This document shows, piece by piece, positions 61,996 through 64,000 of a stretch of DNA of 64,000 nucleotides. The position numbers and the translations under genes are program-made. The notes beneath the pieces are model-generated. The model saw only the letters and a program-made list of their open reading frames with translations, searched no databases and was not told the origin of the DNA. Source of the DNA: Camelus dromedarius. Taxonomy: Eukaryota. The stretch spans positions 101,186,001 through 101,250,000 of the forward strand of contig NC_087472.1 in the NCBI RefSeq assembly GCF_036321535.1, read 5' to 3'. How positions within the stretch are numbered: the first letter of the stretch is position 1; every line of letters starts with the position of its first letter.

Positions 61996-64000
61996 AATAC
62001 ATCTACCTTGCAGGCTATTATTATCCTCTGGGACTGTGTAAAGAAATCCTGGGTGTAGAACGCATGTGATGAAACTAAGGGACTCACAGATTGGAAAGTC
62101 ATGAACTTTTCCTCCTAGAGCAGTGGTTCTCAAACTGGAGCATGCATTAGAAGCCTGAAGGGTGTTGGGCCTTCTGCACCCCAAACCTCTCCTCAGGCTT
62201 TTCTGTCTTGCTTGTCTCTTCTGCATGGTTGTCACCTCTATGAGGGTAGGCACTGGGGCTAACTTGTTGGCAACTCCATTCCAGAACTAGCACAGTACAT
62301 AGCAAATAAAAGGCCCCCAACCAGTAGTGGAGGAAGGACAAAGGAGCAAGTTGTCAGTCTGTGGCTCCAAGGGCTAAGTGAGTGGCAGTATGCTTCAGTT
62401 AAAGGTTTGACGATTGCCTCATTCATAAATAGCCTTGAGTGGGGTTCTTTGTTCCTCCATGACTCTATTAAGGTGAGGAGAAGCTGCAGCAGCAGTAGCC
62501 TGTGCTGTTGTCTCCCAAGCAGATTTTGCCTTTTTTCTTTGGCTGGTATATCTTTGGAAGAGCTCCTGCGATTGATGAAATAGTTTGCATCTCAGAAAGT
62601 ATATCCATTCTCCTATCAGGCAAAATTTATCTTGGCTTTACGTTCTGGGGGTTTAATCTATGAATGAATGTATTCACTTGATCACACTGGAGGATTTCAT
62701 TGCAGAGAGCTGCTGCCCATTTGAGAAAGTGCATGGACTATATTTCCTCTCAGCAGAGCTTCCCTGCAGAACATAAAGCACAGGGTTCGCAGCAGTCAGC
62801 AATCACTTCTCAGGGCTGGCCCCACGCAGAGGCTGAGAAGGTAACCTTCTCCTGGTGTGAGGGGAGGCCTTGGGGCACTGGCAAGGCCTTGAAAGCAGCT
62901 GTTAAAAAACAAATGTTATCTGGGAAAGAAGAAGATGGGTTCAAAGAGACAAATTCTGTATACTGGGCAATTTTGCCCAGGGCAGGCTCTGAATTCTCTC
63001 TCTGTGAAGTAAGAAGTTTGGTATTAACAATTCCAAAGAGTCATTCTGATTTCAACAGCTTTGAAAGCTGACAGTAGGGGTGGAGGCTGGGGAGGGAATG
63101 GTGGCGAACAGGAGTGCAGTGAGAATTCCACACAGCACCAGTGTGGGGCTGCCAGAGAACCTCGAGAAGGCAGGAGGCTGGCTGCATTTGGGTTACCTTC
63201 CCAGATCTCTGACAAGACAGGGCATCGGCTCCCAGATCACTGCCCATTTGGGTATCCTTTGGAGGCCTGAGCTATATCCGATTTCGATTTCTTGGGTTAA
63301 TTTATACTCCACTATAAACAAACTCTTGTAAAAGCTGAGAACGAGCAAGGATAAAGAAGCTGTTTTTCCATTACAGTCTCTTTCTTCTGATTGGTTGTGA
63401 AGTTTTTCAATAACAGAGACCCCACATTTTGCCCTGGGGATCTGGGCGTTATGTACTGAGGAGGTGAGGGACAATTTAGCATGAGCCTGCTCCATGCTTG
63501 GCTCCGTGTTGGGGGCCTTCACTTGTATTGAAGTAGGGGGAGGGGGAAGTTTAACATCCCCCACCCCCCACCTCCATTCCCCCTGACCTGGAGTTAACCA
63601 TAATCCACAGTGTGGTGCAATGCGGGAAAATGTAAACACAGCTATGTGGCCAGCCTAGGCCTCTCAAACTCGAGTTAATTGCTGCCTAAATCTCCATACT
63701 CAGCTGATGTTTCAGTATCAATCTATTCTCTAACTGAAGTCTTAAATTTTACTTGGAGTACTGGGGGAGATGTGGTGTCTCATGTGGTAATTTTCTGAGA
63801 GCTCTATTTTCCCCATTTCAAATCATTGCTAATGTAGCATATTTGGGCGCCTGTATGATTTTTATTCATTAACCTCATCTAAACCGCTCATCTGAACTGA
63901 TCCCAGATCATCTCCACTCTTCTGTGTGTTCTGTTTCTATTTTCTCATTTTCATTATAAAACTTTCAGAATTGGTTTTCCTGCTCTGGGTTTTGAGTACG

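Noticed and set aside
1..64000. CRISPR arrays, operons or prokaryotic defence systems
   Set aside because: The sequence is mammalian and repeat-rich, with no regularly spaced repeat-spacer array or long intact ORFs.

Overview
This is mammalian nuclear DNA, most likely camelid: it has a tRNA-Ala-derived vic-1-type SINE, and I saw no Alu, Bov-A/CHR or PRE1 SINEs. A CpG-rich promoter-like region (~380-1260; GC box, ETS site, palindromic YY1 pair, candidate splice donors) is followed by ~62 kb of intron-like or intergenic sequence. That sequence is dominated by interspersed repeats: old and young L1, L2, MIR, MaLR and ERV LTRs, hAT and Tigger MITEs, and microsatellites. I recognise no intact protein-coding gene. 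The recognisable ORFs are decayed L1 ORF2 pieces, and the rest look like chance ORFs. I found no new multi-gene system. The most unusual observations are retrotransposition products: an L1 whose 3' end is replaced by a foreign polyadenylated sequence inside one TSD pair; a poly(A)-tailed LTR fragment matching a solo LTR 32 kb away; a 5'-intact but 3'-truncated old L1 splitting a MER20 in a four-level nest; a twin-primed L1; and a ~50-bp flanking duplication. Repeat family names come from recalled consensus similarity, not a database search, and boundaries of old repeats are approximate.
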